A stretch of 64,000 bases of DNA from Eledone cirrhosa (lineage: Eukaryota): contig OZ024741.1 of NCBI GenBank assembly GCA_964016885.1, positions 225,990,001 to 226,054,000 on the forward strand, given 5' to 3'. Both the position numbers and the translations under genes were made by a program. The notes under the pieces are model-generated. The model saw only the letters and a program-made list of their open reading frames with translations. It was not told the DNA's origin and searched no databases. Numbering within the stretch: position 1 is the stretch's first letter; every line of letters begins with the position of its first letter. Below, piece after piece: positions 1 through 13,037 of this stretch.

Positions 1-640
1 CCGTAAGGATGAAAGGCAAAGTTAACATCGGCGGGATTTGAACTCAAATTGGAAAGGGCCGTAACTCTATGCGTCAAAGCATCGCGTCCGACCCGTTACC
101 AATATTGCCAATACACCAATGATGGTCTGCACGCCCTGAATTATCCAAGATCATCTTATAATGGTATAGTTGTTTTTTCAATAAGTGCTAGTTACAAAAA
201 TATTATGGATGTGGAGAGTGACAGCTGTGGATTCTAAATGATTTATTCACTTTGTCTTGACTCATTTTCACATTTGTAGCATTCCTGTTAGAAATAATTC
301 TTCAGTTACTTGCACCTTGTAATGCATGCATGGTCCCGTAACTACTGGGGGAGTCTTAGGGACAGCGTATTGACATATGGTATTTCTAGGCCATTTTAAA
401 CCTGGCGGAGCCCCATCCTCTCCAGCTTTGATTGCAGCAGATTTCTTCCAGAGAACGATATAGAGAGAGTGAAAGAATGGAAGTGATAAAAAAAAATCGA
501 CTCCAATTCTAGGCTGGTACTTTCTTTATCGGCCTAGAATGGATGAAAGGCAAAGTTGACCTCGTCAGGATTTGAACTAAGAGAGCACAGAGGCGAAACG
601 AGTACTGGGAAGCATTCTATTCGACGTTCAAACAACTCTA
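1..640 (-). mobile_element. Two copies of the dominant tRNA-derived SINE (1-115 partial; ~495-640 diverged)
   Basis: Reverse complement of GAGTTCAAATCCCGCCGAGGTTAACTTTGCCTTTCATCC (B box plus conserved body). Confidence 0.85.
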
Positions 641-988
641 ACAATTCTGGTAATAAATTATTATAATGCACAGGATCTCGATTTAGTGTGGCCATAAAAC
701 TGATGTTAACTATTCACATGGAAATAACAAAATGTGAACAACAGAAATCATTGAAAAAATATCAAGAGCAATGCCTTAAAAATGTGTCTATGACGCTGCA
801 ATTAGAAGGCGAAAGCAAATGTGCACGCTCAAGAAGCATTTTAATAGAAACAGTAGAACAAACAACCATTGATGAAACAATTCTGCGATCTATGTCTTAA
901 ATCAGTAGGTCAAATGAAGACATTTTAAAGCGATTTACTCATAATTGTCTCTATCATGCAATTTGTTTTAATGTCTAATTCTTTTCAG

Positions 989-1095
989 CATTAACCGAGC
1001 TTAAAGTTAACCTTCCAACACCAGAACAAATAGCTGTAGCCAATAGCTTTTTGAAAAGGACTAACATATCACTATTAATGAGATTTCCCCTTGGG
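989..1095 (+). CDS. Candidate internal coding exon of an unidentified host gene (..LTELKVNLPTPEQIAVANSFLKRTNISLLMRFPLG)
   Basis: Branch-like GTCTAAT, acceptor TCTTTTCAG ending at 988, 107-nt stop-free frame (2 nt + 35 codons) and donor GTAATG at 1096, in non-repetitive sequence. Protein not recognised. Confidence 0.55.
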
Positions 1096-2243
1096 GTAAT
1101 GATTTGAGCAAAGAGAAGCATTTTATGTCTCGTGCACTCTTATGGATATATTGGTTTCAGTCACACGTTCACCTACAAAATTTCAATTTGTTTTCAACAA
1201 TTGTCACAATTAACGGGCTTCAGTGCGTGTGTATGCTTCAAAATCGCAAATGTCACCTTGTCCATTTGGCATTTGAAAATAAAATAACAAAAGATTTAGA
1301 TATTATGCTGGTTTAAAAAAGAAATTCGAAAGATTTCGTCGTGTTAATTATATAAATTTGTTTTATTTAGATCCATAATATAATATATATTCGCGTGATA
1401 TTAACGGCCGTGGGAATGTCTACTCAATACCTAAATAGATTTCAAATATCCTTTGTTATAGCTTAGTCTTCACGTAGGTATAATAAAGAATAATATCCAT
1501 ATATTAATATAGCATTTTAAAAACATATGAGCCGTGTATAAGATTAATCAACATTCCTTGAGAGTAGTAGCTTGATTAATGTATCTACAAAATATATATA
1601 GAACAAAAGAGATTGTGAAGCTCTTAACCTGCGATCTAACCCATCTAAGATATTAGCAATGCCAAATTTCGGAGGATGATATTCCACATATGATGAACAG
1701 CTATTCCATTACATCAATCGGCATTTATTGAGGCGGAGGATAAAAGTAAGCAGGATCTAAAGAGATGTGAAAACTAAGACTGGTCGTTTATATCGACACA
1801 CATTTAACTGTGAATATGATTCCATGAATGTAATTATTATATAATGATCTACTGCTACTCTAGTAATTAAGGTAGATTTAGATACAGTGCGTCAAGAAAA
1901 AAATATAAGAGAGTCACAGCAGGTACATCGTTTATCATAAGTGTGTTCAATAAAGACAAAGCAATAAACCAAACGCAGTGTCTAGTGGAGATAGATGTAT
2001 TTGGGATACAGTACATAATGTAGTGGTAGGAATTAGTCCACGAGAAACAGAACCGTAGCGGTAATTGACCACATTTTTAGTAACTCAACGGATGTACAGC
2101 ACTCATGTTACCTCAGTCATATATTTTGGCTATAAACGGAAATTAGTCGTATTGATAGGCGAAGGAAACCGTTAGATTTTTGGTTACATTTTTCAAGAAT
2201 ACATTATATCCGTTGGCACATATACATACAACTCCCGCACACA

Positions 2244-2296
<53 letters not shown>

Positions 2297-2327
2297 TTGT
2301 GTATATATGTGTACATTTATATATATA

Positions 2328-2394
<67 letters not shown>

Positions 2395-2523
2395 AAAGTT
2401 ATATTTAAAATTGTTGGGTTACAACTAGTAAATATTTATAACTGGTATAAAAGCACTCGACAAATATTTGGAGTATATTTACAATATTAAATAAATGGAA
2501 AACTATATTTATAAAACCATATT

Positions 2524-2589
2524 TATTTCATTATATATATTTCGGGGATATCATATTAACAATATGCTATGCCTTCATCAGACAAAATA
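2524..2589 (-). ncRNA. Type-I hammerhead ribozyme motif (mirror of 2673-2738)
   Basis: Reverse complement of 2673-2738. Confidence 0.7.
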
Positions 2590-2672
2590 CAATATAAACA
2601 GTTTTCTCTTCAAATGAAGTCGGTGTTATAACGGTATGTCGAATCTATTTATCTATAAAACTGTTTATATTG

Positions 2673-2738
2673 TATTTTGTCTGATGAAGGCATAGCATAT
2701 TGTTAATATGATATCCCCGAAATATATATAATGAAATA
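2673..2738 (+). ncRNA. Type-I hammerhead ribozyme motif
   Basis: TATTTTGT-CTGATGA-stem II (CATATT/AATATG)-GAAA-TATATA-TA-ATGAAATA. Confidence 0.7.
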
Positions 2739-2776
2739 AATATGGTTTTATAAATATAGTTTTCCATTTATTTAAT

Positions 2777-2826
<50 letters not shown>

Positions 2827-2867
2827 CGAAACATAAGTCAATTGCATGAACTCATAATCCTTTATTT

Positions 2868-2923
2868 ACTGCTATATATATTTCGATGATAGCCATTGAA
2901 TGGCTATGACCTCATCAGGCAGT
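2868..2923 (-). ncRNA. Minimal type-I hammerhead ribozyme, intact core
   Basis: Minus strand: ACTGC-CTGATGA-ggtcATAGCCATtcaATGGCTATcatc-GAAA-TATATA-TA-GCAGT; perfect stem I, 8-bp stem II core, palindromic stem III; inverted just upstream of the PLE RT. Confidence 0.85.
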
Positions 2924-3033
2924 TAGTCAGTTCTTAAATATGCCAGCTCTGTGTTTATAGTGTTGATGGTATCAGAGCCTTGGGACATATGAGTCTATAT
3001 ATATATAAATGTATACATATATACACAACCATA

Positions 3034-3077
<44 letters not shown>

Positions 3078-3977
3078 CCGAACAACCCCTCTATTCGGCT
3101 TATTAACCCTACGAAGACCGATATAGGTAGACTTAGTAAAACGATTCTTGATAGAATTATACCTGAAATTAGAAGTTTGGCGCCTCTTGCACTGTGGAAC
3201 AATCCTTTCGCGGTGATTGATTGGTTCAACGGCATATGTAACAAGGAACATTGCCGTTTTATCCAATTCGACATCAACAATTACTACTCCTCCATCACTT
3301 TACCACTTCTCCTTAGAGCTATCAATTTCCCTAAAAAACTCACAGTGGTTAAGGATTTCGAAGTTGATGTCAACCTCAATGCCCGTAAGTCGGTGATTAA
3401 TTTCGACGATTCTATTTGGATTAAAACATCCAATAGTACCCCATTCGACGTGAGTATGGGCGCCAGCGATTCTGCGGAGGTTACTGATCTTATCGGCCTT
3501 TTCCTTCTTTTCTCTATCAAGGACGAATTCCCCAACGCGGGCGGTGGTTTGTACCGTGATGATGGTCTTTTGACCATGACTAAGTGCGGACCTCGTGCTT
3601 GCGACAGGTTCAAAAAAGAACTCACCGCCTTCTTTAAAGGCTTCATCCTCTCTATACAGGTTGAGGCCAATCTCTCGGTTGTTAATTACCTAGACGTTAC
3701 CCTCAATTTATTGAATGGGTTGTATTACCCGTATAGAAAGCCGAATGATACGCTTAATTACATAAGAAAGCATTCCAACCATCCTGCCAGCATAACCAAG
3801 AACCTGGTAAGAAACGTTTCGTTGAGGCTTTCCCGTCTATCTACTAACGAGCATATTTTCAACGACCATTCCACTTATTACAATGAAGCTCTTGCTCGGA
3901 GTGGATTTGTCGATAAGGTAGCATATACAGAGTACGAAAATAGACCTAGAAGAAATAGATCCCGTCGCATTTGTTGA
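3078..3977 (+). mobile_element. Penelope-like element reverse transcriptase fragment (resembles Naiad-type PLEs)
   Basis: RLINPTKTDIGRLSK, QFDINNYYSSI, FDVSMGASDSAEVTDLIG, GLYRDDGL, VNYLDVTLNL, YRKPND, HSNHP motifs; the ORF N-terminus 3009-3077 is microsatellite. Confidence 0.9.
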
Positions 3978-4202
3978 AATGGATAAAGATGAGTATTGAC
4001 TTACATGTAAGTCAATACTCATCTTTTTCCGTTTCTCCGATGGTTATTAACCCCACTATCAGGCTAATATTTTCTTTAATCTCTTTAGTCAAAATACGGC
4101 GATAGCTTACATTTCTAATAATTTCAAACCCACTCGCTGTTTCGAAAATATTCTTACTATATATATATATATATATAAATATGGTTGTATATATATGTAT
4201 AC

Positions 4203-4312
<110 letters not shown>

Positions 4313-5070
4313 ATATGGGTGAGAAGAATACTGCTTGTTGCACATGGATAACATGTTATAAAATGAGTCACTCATCAGTGATTTACCAAACGATCATGGG
4401 TATTTCACCGCATTAAAAATCATATACCTCACTAAAATAAGTTATTAGGACAATAGAAACGCGTAAAGCGAGTGAGACAATATATATATAATATATATAT
4501 ATATATACACTCAACAGTTGACAAGATGAATTTTACTAAAACATCGAAACCAGTAATAATTTATATACTTTATATAGATCCCTCTCATTTCTTCAATAAT
4601 ATCACTTTGACGAATCAAAGAAAAAAAAAAAGAAAAAATGAAAAAAAAACGCTTAAATATATCTCCCATGCTATTTCCGATTTCACCTTTCCTCTCTGTC
4701 TCTCGCTCTCTCTATCCCACCTCTCTCTCTCTTTCTCTCTCTCCACACACACTTATATATCTCTCCACACACATATATATATATATGTGTGTGTGTGTAT
4801 CTATGTGTGTGTGTGTGCATATATACAATCACCTTCATACGTTTGCACCAATATTCACACATACATAGCCAACCATACACGCAAAGATATGGCATATACT
4901 AATACGCATACATTAAGGATATTAAAAATAAATACTGTATTGCCGAGATTTCCATGCAGTTATTCATATATAAATACATATATGCATAAACCTCGAAGTA
5001 AACAATAACTATTTATAACGGTATACAGACATACACATACATACACGCACACACACACACACACACAAAG

Positions 5071-5125
<55 letters not shown>

Positions 5126-5134
5126 GGGGGGGGT

Positions 5135-5275
5135 CCATGTAGGGGCTCCCACAGGAGCACTGAGTGCAATGTCAACTCTGGATGTCGGTGAGCAAGTCCA
5201 GCTAACCTCAGTCTCCTGTGTCACATTTGAGCTGACTTTTGGGAGGCTCACATACAGCTCTGAGTTTTTCATCCT
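5135..5275 (-). mobile_element. RTE-like LINE RT C-terminal fragment
   Basis: NSELY.SLPKVSS..RLRLAG..HPELTLHSVLLWEPLHG; longer copy at ~60660-60975. Confidence 0.7.
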
Positions 5276-5717
5276 CATATATTTATATGTATGTATGTAT
5301 AGGTATATATACATTCATATATACATACATATATATATATATATATATGTTGTGTGTGTGTGCGTGTATGTACATATATATTGATATATATAGCTATTGC
5401 TTACTTCTTCGTTTATGCATATATGTATTTTTATATAAATGACTGCATGAAAATCTCAGCCAAGACAGTATGATTTTTAATATCCTTTAATATATGCGTA
5501 TGAGTATATGCCATATATATGCGTGTATGACTATGTATGTGTGTTTATGTGCATAAACATTTGACTGTGATTTTGGCAGTATCGGTAGCTCTCTCTCTCT
5601 CACTCTCACTCACTCTCTCTCTCACTCTCACTCTCTCTCTCTCTCACTCTCACGCTCGCTCTCTCTCTTTGTCTGTATATATACATGTATATGTATGGGA
5701 ATGTTTATGTAATAAAA

Positions 5718-7053
5718 TAATTGTTTCTACATCTAGGCACAAGGCCAGCAATTATATCAGTGCATTACTGGTACTTTATTTTATCGACCCCATAAGGATG
5801 AAAGGCAAAGTTAACCTCGGCTGTATTTGAACTCAGACAATAAAGGGCCGTAACTCTTTGCTTGCAAAGCATGGCGTCTGACTCTCTACCGTTACTGCCA
5901 ATCCACCGCTTATGTAATAAACTAAATTGTTTCTACTTTTGGCACAAGGCCAGCAATTAACCAGTACATTACTGGTACTTTAATTTATCGACCCCGTAAA
6001 GAGGAAAGGCAAAGTTGACCTCGGCGGGATTTGAACTCAGAATGGCAAGGGCCGTAACTCTATGCGTCAAAGCATGACGTCCGACCCTCTACCGATACTG
6101 CCAATCCACCGCCTTGTAATAAAATAATATATATATACTAGACTCCCTATTATATATATACATAAGTCTCTCTATTTAGCCTTAATAAAATAAATACACG
6201 CACACACATATATATATATATATAATCATTTTATTAAGGCTATATGTATATATATACATATATGCACACGCACGTTCCATAAGGGATATATACATACACA
6301 CGCACACACACATATATACATAAAAATATATATATATATATATTTGTGTGTGTGTGTGTGTGCATACATCGCTTATGGAACGTGCATGTGCATATATGGT
6401 CTATGCATGAGCGTATGCTGTACACGTGTGAACATTATGATATTTCACTGTGGCTACTATTGTTGTCCGTCTTTCTCTAGAAATATTTCTCATTTGTCCA
6501 TCCACAAGAAAAGCCTGTGGGTATCCATCATAAATTAACCAATTGTTACTACTTTTCTTTATTGTTCTCTATTGTATTGAGAAGAAACTCCAAGACTCTT
6601 TCCGTCCGTCATAGTTTTCTTAATAGATCAGATAAACGGGCAGATGAAGTGATTTACTCAAGAGGGAGAACAAAAAGCAAATTGGCTGCTATAAAACCAT
6701 TATCGTCGGTTGTATTTTAATAATTGTTTCTACTTTTGGCACAAGGCCAGCAAATTACCCAGTGTATTACTGGTACTTTATTTTATCGACCCCGTAAGGA
6801 TGAAAGGCAAAGTTAACCTCGGTGCTATTTGAACTCAGAATGGCAAGGGCCGTAACTATATATGCCAAAGCATGGCGTCCGACCCTCTAACGATACTCTC
6901 AATCCACCGCCCTTGTATTTTAATAATTGTTTCTACTTTTGGCACAAGGCCAGCAATTATCCCAGTGTATTACTGGTACTTTGTTTTATCGACCCCGTAG
7001 GATGAAAGGCAAAGTTAACCTCGGCGGGATTTAAACTCAGTCCGTAAAGGGAC
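5718..7053 (-). mobile_element. Four copies of the dominant SINE in two head-to-tail pairs (~5718-5910, 5925-6113, 6722-6911, 6925-7053)
   Basis: A box TGGCAGTATCGG, B box GAGTTCAAATCC, body, and GAAACAATTATT tail on the minus strand. Confidence 0.9.
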
Positions 7054-7240
7054 GTTGGTTGGTTAGATATAGCCAAAAGGGTGCGTTTTTAACCAGAAAC
7101 ACGGTCTTGCGAAATAGATGGCATGGAAAGCAACATATCTAGGGATACTTTTCACAAAATTACTACTTATCTGTTATATGTGTATGTGTGTATATTTAAC
7201 TAGAAATACAACAACGTACACACACACACACACGCACATA

Positions 7241-7481
7241 TATTAATTCAAAATATTAACAGAAATAGACATTCGTGTGATCAAGTATATTTTATTATAC
7301 ATATTTTAGAGGTACTGAGCTATCTTCAACAGTACGTCCTCATCAGATAAAATAAGATGATGCATGACATACCCTGACTTAGTAGATGGGTAAGATTCAG
7401 TCATGGTACTACCATGAAATATGTATAATAAAATATACATGATCACACGAATGTCTATTTTTGTTAATATATTGAATTAAT
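7241..7481. mobile_element. Fold-back element with degenerate hammerhead (7288-7354, minus; GAAA mutated to AAAA)
   Basis: Arms containing ATAGACATTCGTGTGATCA / TGATCACACGAATGTCTAT; minus TATTTTAT-CTGATGA-GTACTG..CAGTAC-AAAA-TATGTA-TA-ATAAAATA. Confidence 0.65.
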
Positions 7482-7576
7482 ATTAATAACTCCGGAAAAG
7501 CAGTCTGTGGAGTGCTTCCAATCTATTGTAAAACTCATTCTTTGATTTATTCATTGAACCTTGTTTAACCTTTAAA

Positions 7577-7666
<90 letters not shown>

Positions 7667-7698
7667 AGATCAAAAGATGGTTAAAGGAGTTCCATGTA

Positions 7699-7765
7699 TT
7701 TTATTATGCGCATTTCAAAAACAAACATCATCATGCAATAATATTTGTGTTTTCATCAGATAAAA
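7699..7765 (-). ncRNA. Minimal type-I hammerhead ribozyme motif
   Basis: Minus: TTTTAT-CTGATGA-aaacacaaata..tgtttgttttt-GAAA-TGCGCA-TA-ATAAAA. Confidence 0.75.
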
Positions 7766-7930
7766 CAGGAGAACATGATATGAAGGCTAAAAAACACTTG
7801 TGGATAGTGCAGTTTTAAATCAACATATCTTGATCTTATATTATGTATACTCCAGTCCTACAAACTGTAGAGTGCTTCTTATCCGATATCTGCATTGCTT
7901 TATTGTACTACAATAAAACTCACCTCCTAC

Positions 7931-7999
<69 letters not shown>

Positions 8000-8063
8000 C
8001 ACTCTCATCGGGCGCCAGTTCGTGATTTGAACTCGGGAATTTTATATTCTCCGAGCGAGAAGA

Positions 8064-8147
8064 ACCCTCTGACGAGAGTCTCCTACTCAATGGTAGTCCG
8101 CATGAATTATCCATTTATTTTGAGACTTGAAACCGCGCGGTAAGACT
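8064..8147 (+). ncRNA. Type-I hammerhead motif, weak stem I
   Basis: CT-CTGACGA-GAGTCTC..GAGACTT-GAAA-CCGCGCGG-TA-AG. Confidence 0.7.
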
Positions 8148-8211
8148 ATAGTAAGTACAGAGAACTTTAACAAATTTATTTAAAAACTTTTTCTCTATTT
8201 GCTAAACCTTG

Positions 8212-8277
<66 letters not shown>

Positions 8278-9057
8278 GATTGCTCTGGTCTTCTTTTAGT
8301 CCATTGACCGCTTGCCGCATACCTCGATAATTGCGTTTCGCTTTGTTTTTTACCACAGCCGAAATACGATATCGCTGAAATTATATTTGTATATATATTA
8401 TACATATGTGTGTGTCATACATACATATATGTAATTCATACATACATATATGTATTTATAAATGCAATCATAAACACGCTCACACACTCACATAGCTATA
8501 TACATATAACTATAACAACAGCAGCAACAGCAACAACAACAACAATAATACTAATAATGATAATGATTAGAATAGTTACAATAAGTAAATAGATAATAGA
8601 TACGTATTTGGAAAGGAATATAAGCCGTTATATATGTGTGTGTGAAGAGAAATATATAATATGCACATGTGTTATGCGCATGCCTTTATTCCTGCGTGTT
8701 TAAGCTAGCATGTATGTATGCATGAGCATTTATATATTATAGATACACACGTACGCTCGTGCTTGTATTTGTGTATCTATGGGTGATGGAGTGCAGGATG
8801 GTTGTAATCACATCCCCAAACTATAGACCTATAGCAAGGTGTAAAAACCTATAACCACCGATAACAATTGCAATCGAACAAGAGTTCTTTGTAATTTACT
8901 CTATAATAAGTTTGACGTATTGTGTAGGTGAAATCCAGAATGTTCCATGCGACATTGTGTTGAATTCTTACAAAATGCCGACGTGATATATCCGACTTAG
9001 ACACAACTATTTGTGAACAGTCTAATTTCCTGCACAATATATCTATATCTATATATA

Positions 9058-9405
9058 ACGGAAGAAATGTGGTAAGGAACCAGGTGGACCATAACGCACC
9101 AAAGTACTCAATACTTAGGGTAGTAGAGTGGGTAATAGGAACGAGTAGGACCCCGACGGCTGAGCTCAAGCCGTTTCGACGGCTAATTCTGGAATTAGCC
9201 AGAATTAGTCAGGAAACTAAAGCAATACACACGAAATATTCCTTCGAAACCCTTGGCGTTTCAGACCAAATCCTGCTATTGATTACTTGGATGTTATGCT
9301 TAATCTGGCCTCCAGTTTAAAACCACCACATGCACTTGGGTAGTTTTTTCCAGAATTAGCCGTTGAAACGGCTTGAGCTCAGCCGTCGGGGTCCTACTCG
9401 TTCCT
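9058..9405. mobile_element. Fold-back copy of the AGAATTAGCCGTCGAAACGGCTTGAGCTC family
   Basis: Inverted arms ~9136-9192 and ~9349-9405; family also at 21441-21573, 23268-24127, ~30935-30980, ~39840-39920, 49860-50058 and ~60985-61170, always next to (TA)n. Confidence 0.8.
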
Positions 9406-9406
9406 A

Positions 9407-9528
<122 letters not shown>

Positions 9529-10060
9529 TTTTAATATAGATGAGATTCTACAGTGGTTACCTCCGATTCAACCCGGAATAACGTATATATATATATATAT
9601 ATATATATAATGTATAAATAACTATGCCGATACGTAAGTTGATATACGGATATCTATTGTGATATGGAATGATATATGCAGCTTGTTTTATTAGTTCAGT
9701 AATGAACTAATGAAACAATACCCATAGAAATGTATATCAGTATCTTCTCTTAACGCAGAGGGGATAAATGTGTGAGCTTAATGCGGTTAATGTTCACTTT
9801 GAATTGTTGAATTTTTCAAATGTAGATCAAGGAGGAAAATGAGGTGTCTACCATCATTTTCAAGGCTTGTGCAACTAGTGGAAGGTAGGAACGTATATAG
9901 GAGACAGATAGGAAGAAACTACCCAAGTGCATGTGGTGGTTTTAAACTGGAGGCCAGATTAAGCATAACAGCCAAGTAATCAATAGCAGGATTTGGTCTC
10001 AAACGACACGGGTTTGGAAGGAATATTTCGTGTATATTGCTTTAGTTTCCTGACTCTGAA

Positions 10061-10172
10061 AAGAAGAAGAAGAAGAAGAAGAAGAAGAAGAAGAAGAAGA
10101 AGAAGAAGAAGAAGAAGAAGAAGAAGAAGAAGAAGAAGAAGAAGAAGAAGAAGAAGAAGAAGAAGAAGAAGA
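10061..10172 (+). repeat. (GAA)n microsatellite
   Basis: Direct reading. Confidence 0.95.
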
Positions 10173-10766
10173 CGATGACAACGACGACGACGCCGACGAA
10201 GACAGTAGATCGTTGCGTGAAACATCCTAGTCAGCCATATTCTGGTTTATCACCGGTTGTAGTTTATATTCCATCTGAGGAATCGTAAGAACTGATATCA
10301 GAGGTTCACACAATAGATCTTTTATAAGTTACAGAACTGTAATAGGATAGGAAAAGACAAGCAAAAAAAACACGCAGACACACCAGTACACACACACACA
10401 CACGAGCACGCTAAATACACACGTATATACACACGTACACACACGTATGCACATACATGTAACTATACAAATATATTCGTATACTCACACACTCTTCTGA
10501 ATGCACACATGCATGTATGCACGCAGACACATGTACATACACAAACACACGTACACAAATCACCAGTACACACACACACACACACGAGCACATACAGGTA
10601 CACACACGTATACAAACGTATGCACATACATGCACCTATACAAACATATTCGTATGCTCACACACTCTTATGCATACGCACACGCACGTATACACACAGA
10701 CACATGGACCTACATAAACACGCGTGCACAAATCACCTAAACACACACACACACACACACACACAT

Positions 10767-10800
<34 letters not shown>

Positions 10801-10993
10801 AAGGACATACACATATATAAGTAGTGAAACAAAACTAGATTTCTTTGATTAAAGTCTATGAAAGGTGCAGGCTGGACGATCATTGTCCAGCTCAATAATG
10901 CACGGCAGAAATGAAATGGGGAGATCCTGGTGGCAGTGGTTGTGATGGTTGATAAAATGGCGTGCCATTGTAGAGCGTATGCATATATATACA

Positions 10994-11057
<64 letters not shown>

Positions 11058-11061
<4 letters not shown>

Positions 11062-11455
11062 AAGAAAAAGAGATGAAATCGAAAATGCAACTGAAGTCTT
11101 TTTTTTTTTTTTTTTTTTTAAATATATATATTTATTTGGTTCCTTTACCGGTTTCGCAGTTCTTCTGCTTTTCAAAAGGTGAGTTGAGATGGAGGGTCTG
11201 TGGTTTTTCTCACATCAGATGTGAGAAAAACCACAGACCCTCCATCTCAACTCACCTTTTGAAAAGCAGAAGAACTGCGAAACCGGTAAAGGAACCAAAT
11301 AAATATATATATTTAAAAAAAAAAAAAAAAAAAAAGAAAAAAAAAATAAGGCTTCAGTTGCATTTTCGATTTCATCTCTTTTTCTTTATACTTTCACTCG
11401 TGTAGGACACCTCGGTTATTTTTCATTTTGTAAAAAAAACCTCACTTTCTAATAT
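11058..11455. mobile_element. Near-perfect fold-back element in (TA)n with two U3-A8 hammerheads
   Basis: Arms meet at CTCACATCAGATGTGAG (~11208-11224); second copy in opposite orientation at 34818-35162. Confidence 0.9.
11255..11292 (+). ncRNA. Minimal hammerhead ribozyme, U3-A8 variant (mirror at 11142-11179, minus)
   Basis: CCTT-TTGAAAA-GCAG-AAGAA-CTGC-GAAA-CCGG-TA-AAGG. Confidence 0.75.
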
Positions 11456-11494
11456 ATATATTTATATATATATATATATATATATATAAGTTGT

Positions 11495-11601
11495 AATAGA
11501 ATGAAACGAAATTTCATTTCTCACTCTTAATACGGCACTTACTTAAATGTAAGTATGTATGTATACGTACATACATATATGTATACAGACGTACAGTAGC
11601 A

Positions 11602-11683
<82 letters not shown>

Positions 11684-12113
11684 TACAGGTACACATATAT
11701 ATATATGTACTTATCAGTTTAGCGGACGTTTATTATAACGCCCGCTTTGTCCGTTTGTAAAGAAACGGACAGCCTGATTTATGCCGTACGGTGTTAAGGC
11801 AACCACGTCACCTATTTGTTCAATACTGACACAGGAGCGATGTACTAGTTTCAAGCTTCTTAGCTATCATCAGCACCGTATACCCTTCTGCTAGATGGTT
11901 GAACGTTCGAAAGTATATACTTTACTTATGAAAATTAACGGCTGAGCAGCCTAATTTGCATATCGAGTGAGTTCAGTCGGCCAGGCGCACCGAAAACGAT
12001 AAATAGAATAGAATGAAACGAAATTTCATTTCTCACTCTTAGTACGGCACTTACTTAAATGTAAGTATGTATGTATACGTACATACATATATGTATACAG
12101 ACGTACAGTAGCA

Positions 12114-12161
<48 letters not shown>

Positions 12162-12375
12162 CAGGTACACATATATATATATGTACGTATCAGTTTAGCG
12201 GACGTTTATTATAACGCCCGCTGTGTCCGTTTGTAAATAAACGGACAGCCTGATTTATGCCTTAACACCGTACGGCATAAATCAGGTTGTCCGTTTGTTT
12301 ACAAACGGACAAAGCGGGCGTTATAATAAACGTCCGCTAAACTGATACGTACATATATATATGTGTACCTGTATG

Positions 12376-12419
<44 letters not shown>

Positions 12420-12475
12420 TGCTACTGTACGTCTGTATACATATATGTATGTACGTATACATACATACTTACATT

Positions 12476-12478
<3 letters not shown>
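11495..12478. repeat. Local direct duplication (~11495-11790 / 12008-12262) plus fold-back centred ~12268
   Basis: Repeated GAATGAAACGAAATTTCATTTCTC and ATCAGTTTAGCGGACG; reverse copy CGTCCGCTAAACTGAT at 12331-12346. Confidence 0.85.
11838..11878 (-). ncRNA. Minimal type-I hammerhead ribozyme, intact core
   Basis: Minus: CGGTG-CTGATGA-tAGCTaagaAGCTt-GAAA-CTAG-TA-CATCG. Confidence 0.85.
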
Positions 12479-12560
<82 letters not shown>

Positions 12561-12669
12561 CGAGAGAGAGTGATGAATAATAAAAGGTAGAAGGGGAATA
12601 GAGATAGATAGACGGAGAGAGAAAGAGAGAGAGGATCACAACAAAGTCCAAAGGAGTTCTAATGGAAGG

Positions 12670-13035
12670 TATCTCTAATTAATACCATTGAACAACTGTA
12701 TTATAGACACCCTATATATTTCCGTGAGTACTTTGTACCTGTGGAGATATTAATCTCATTTTATGTATATTCTCTCATGCGTAGAGAAAAAAAACGTTGT
12801 ATCTAGCTGCTATTTTTAGTAGTGTGGCATACAACAAGTATGGATAGGTGAATATTTAAATTGTATTTTTATTTATTTTAAAAGAATGTTTAAAATTTAC
12901 TTGTTCAGCTCATCTCAATTTTATAGTTCTGGTATATCTAATTAATACCATTGAACAACAACTCTATTATAGACACCCTATATATTTCCGTGGGTACATA
13001 GTACCTGTGGTGATATTAATCTCATTTTATATTTA
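12670..13035 (+). repeat. ~100-bp direct duplication (~12670-12765 / 12933-13030)
   Basis: CTAATTAATACCATTGAACAAC..GATATTAATCTCATTTTAT present twice. Confidence 0.85.
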
Positions 13036-13037
13036 TA

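Larger units (their letters stand above)
2400..2782. mobile_element. Fold-back PLE terminal-repeat derivative in (TA)n
   Basis: Inverted arms ~2480-2605 and ~2657-2782, each holding a hammerhead; same family at 55071-55735 and ~32860-32980. Confidence 0.8.

Noticed and set aside
3975-3977. TGA ending the PLE RT as possible selenocysteine
   Set aside because: It falls near where a Trp is expected, another stop follows two codons later, homology ends there, and I see no SECIS.
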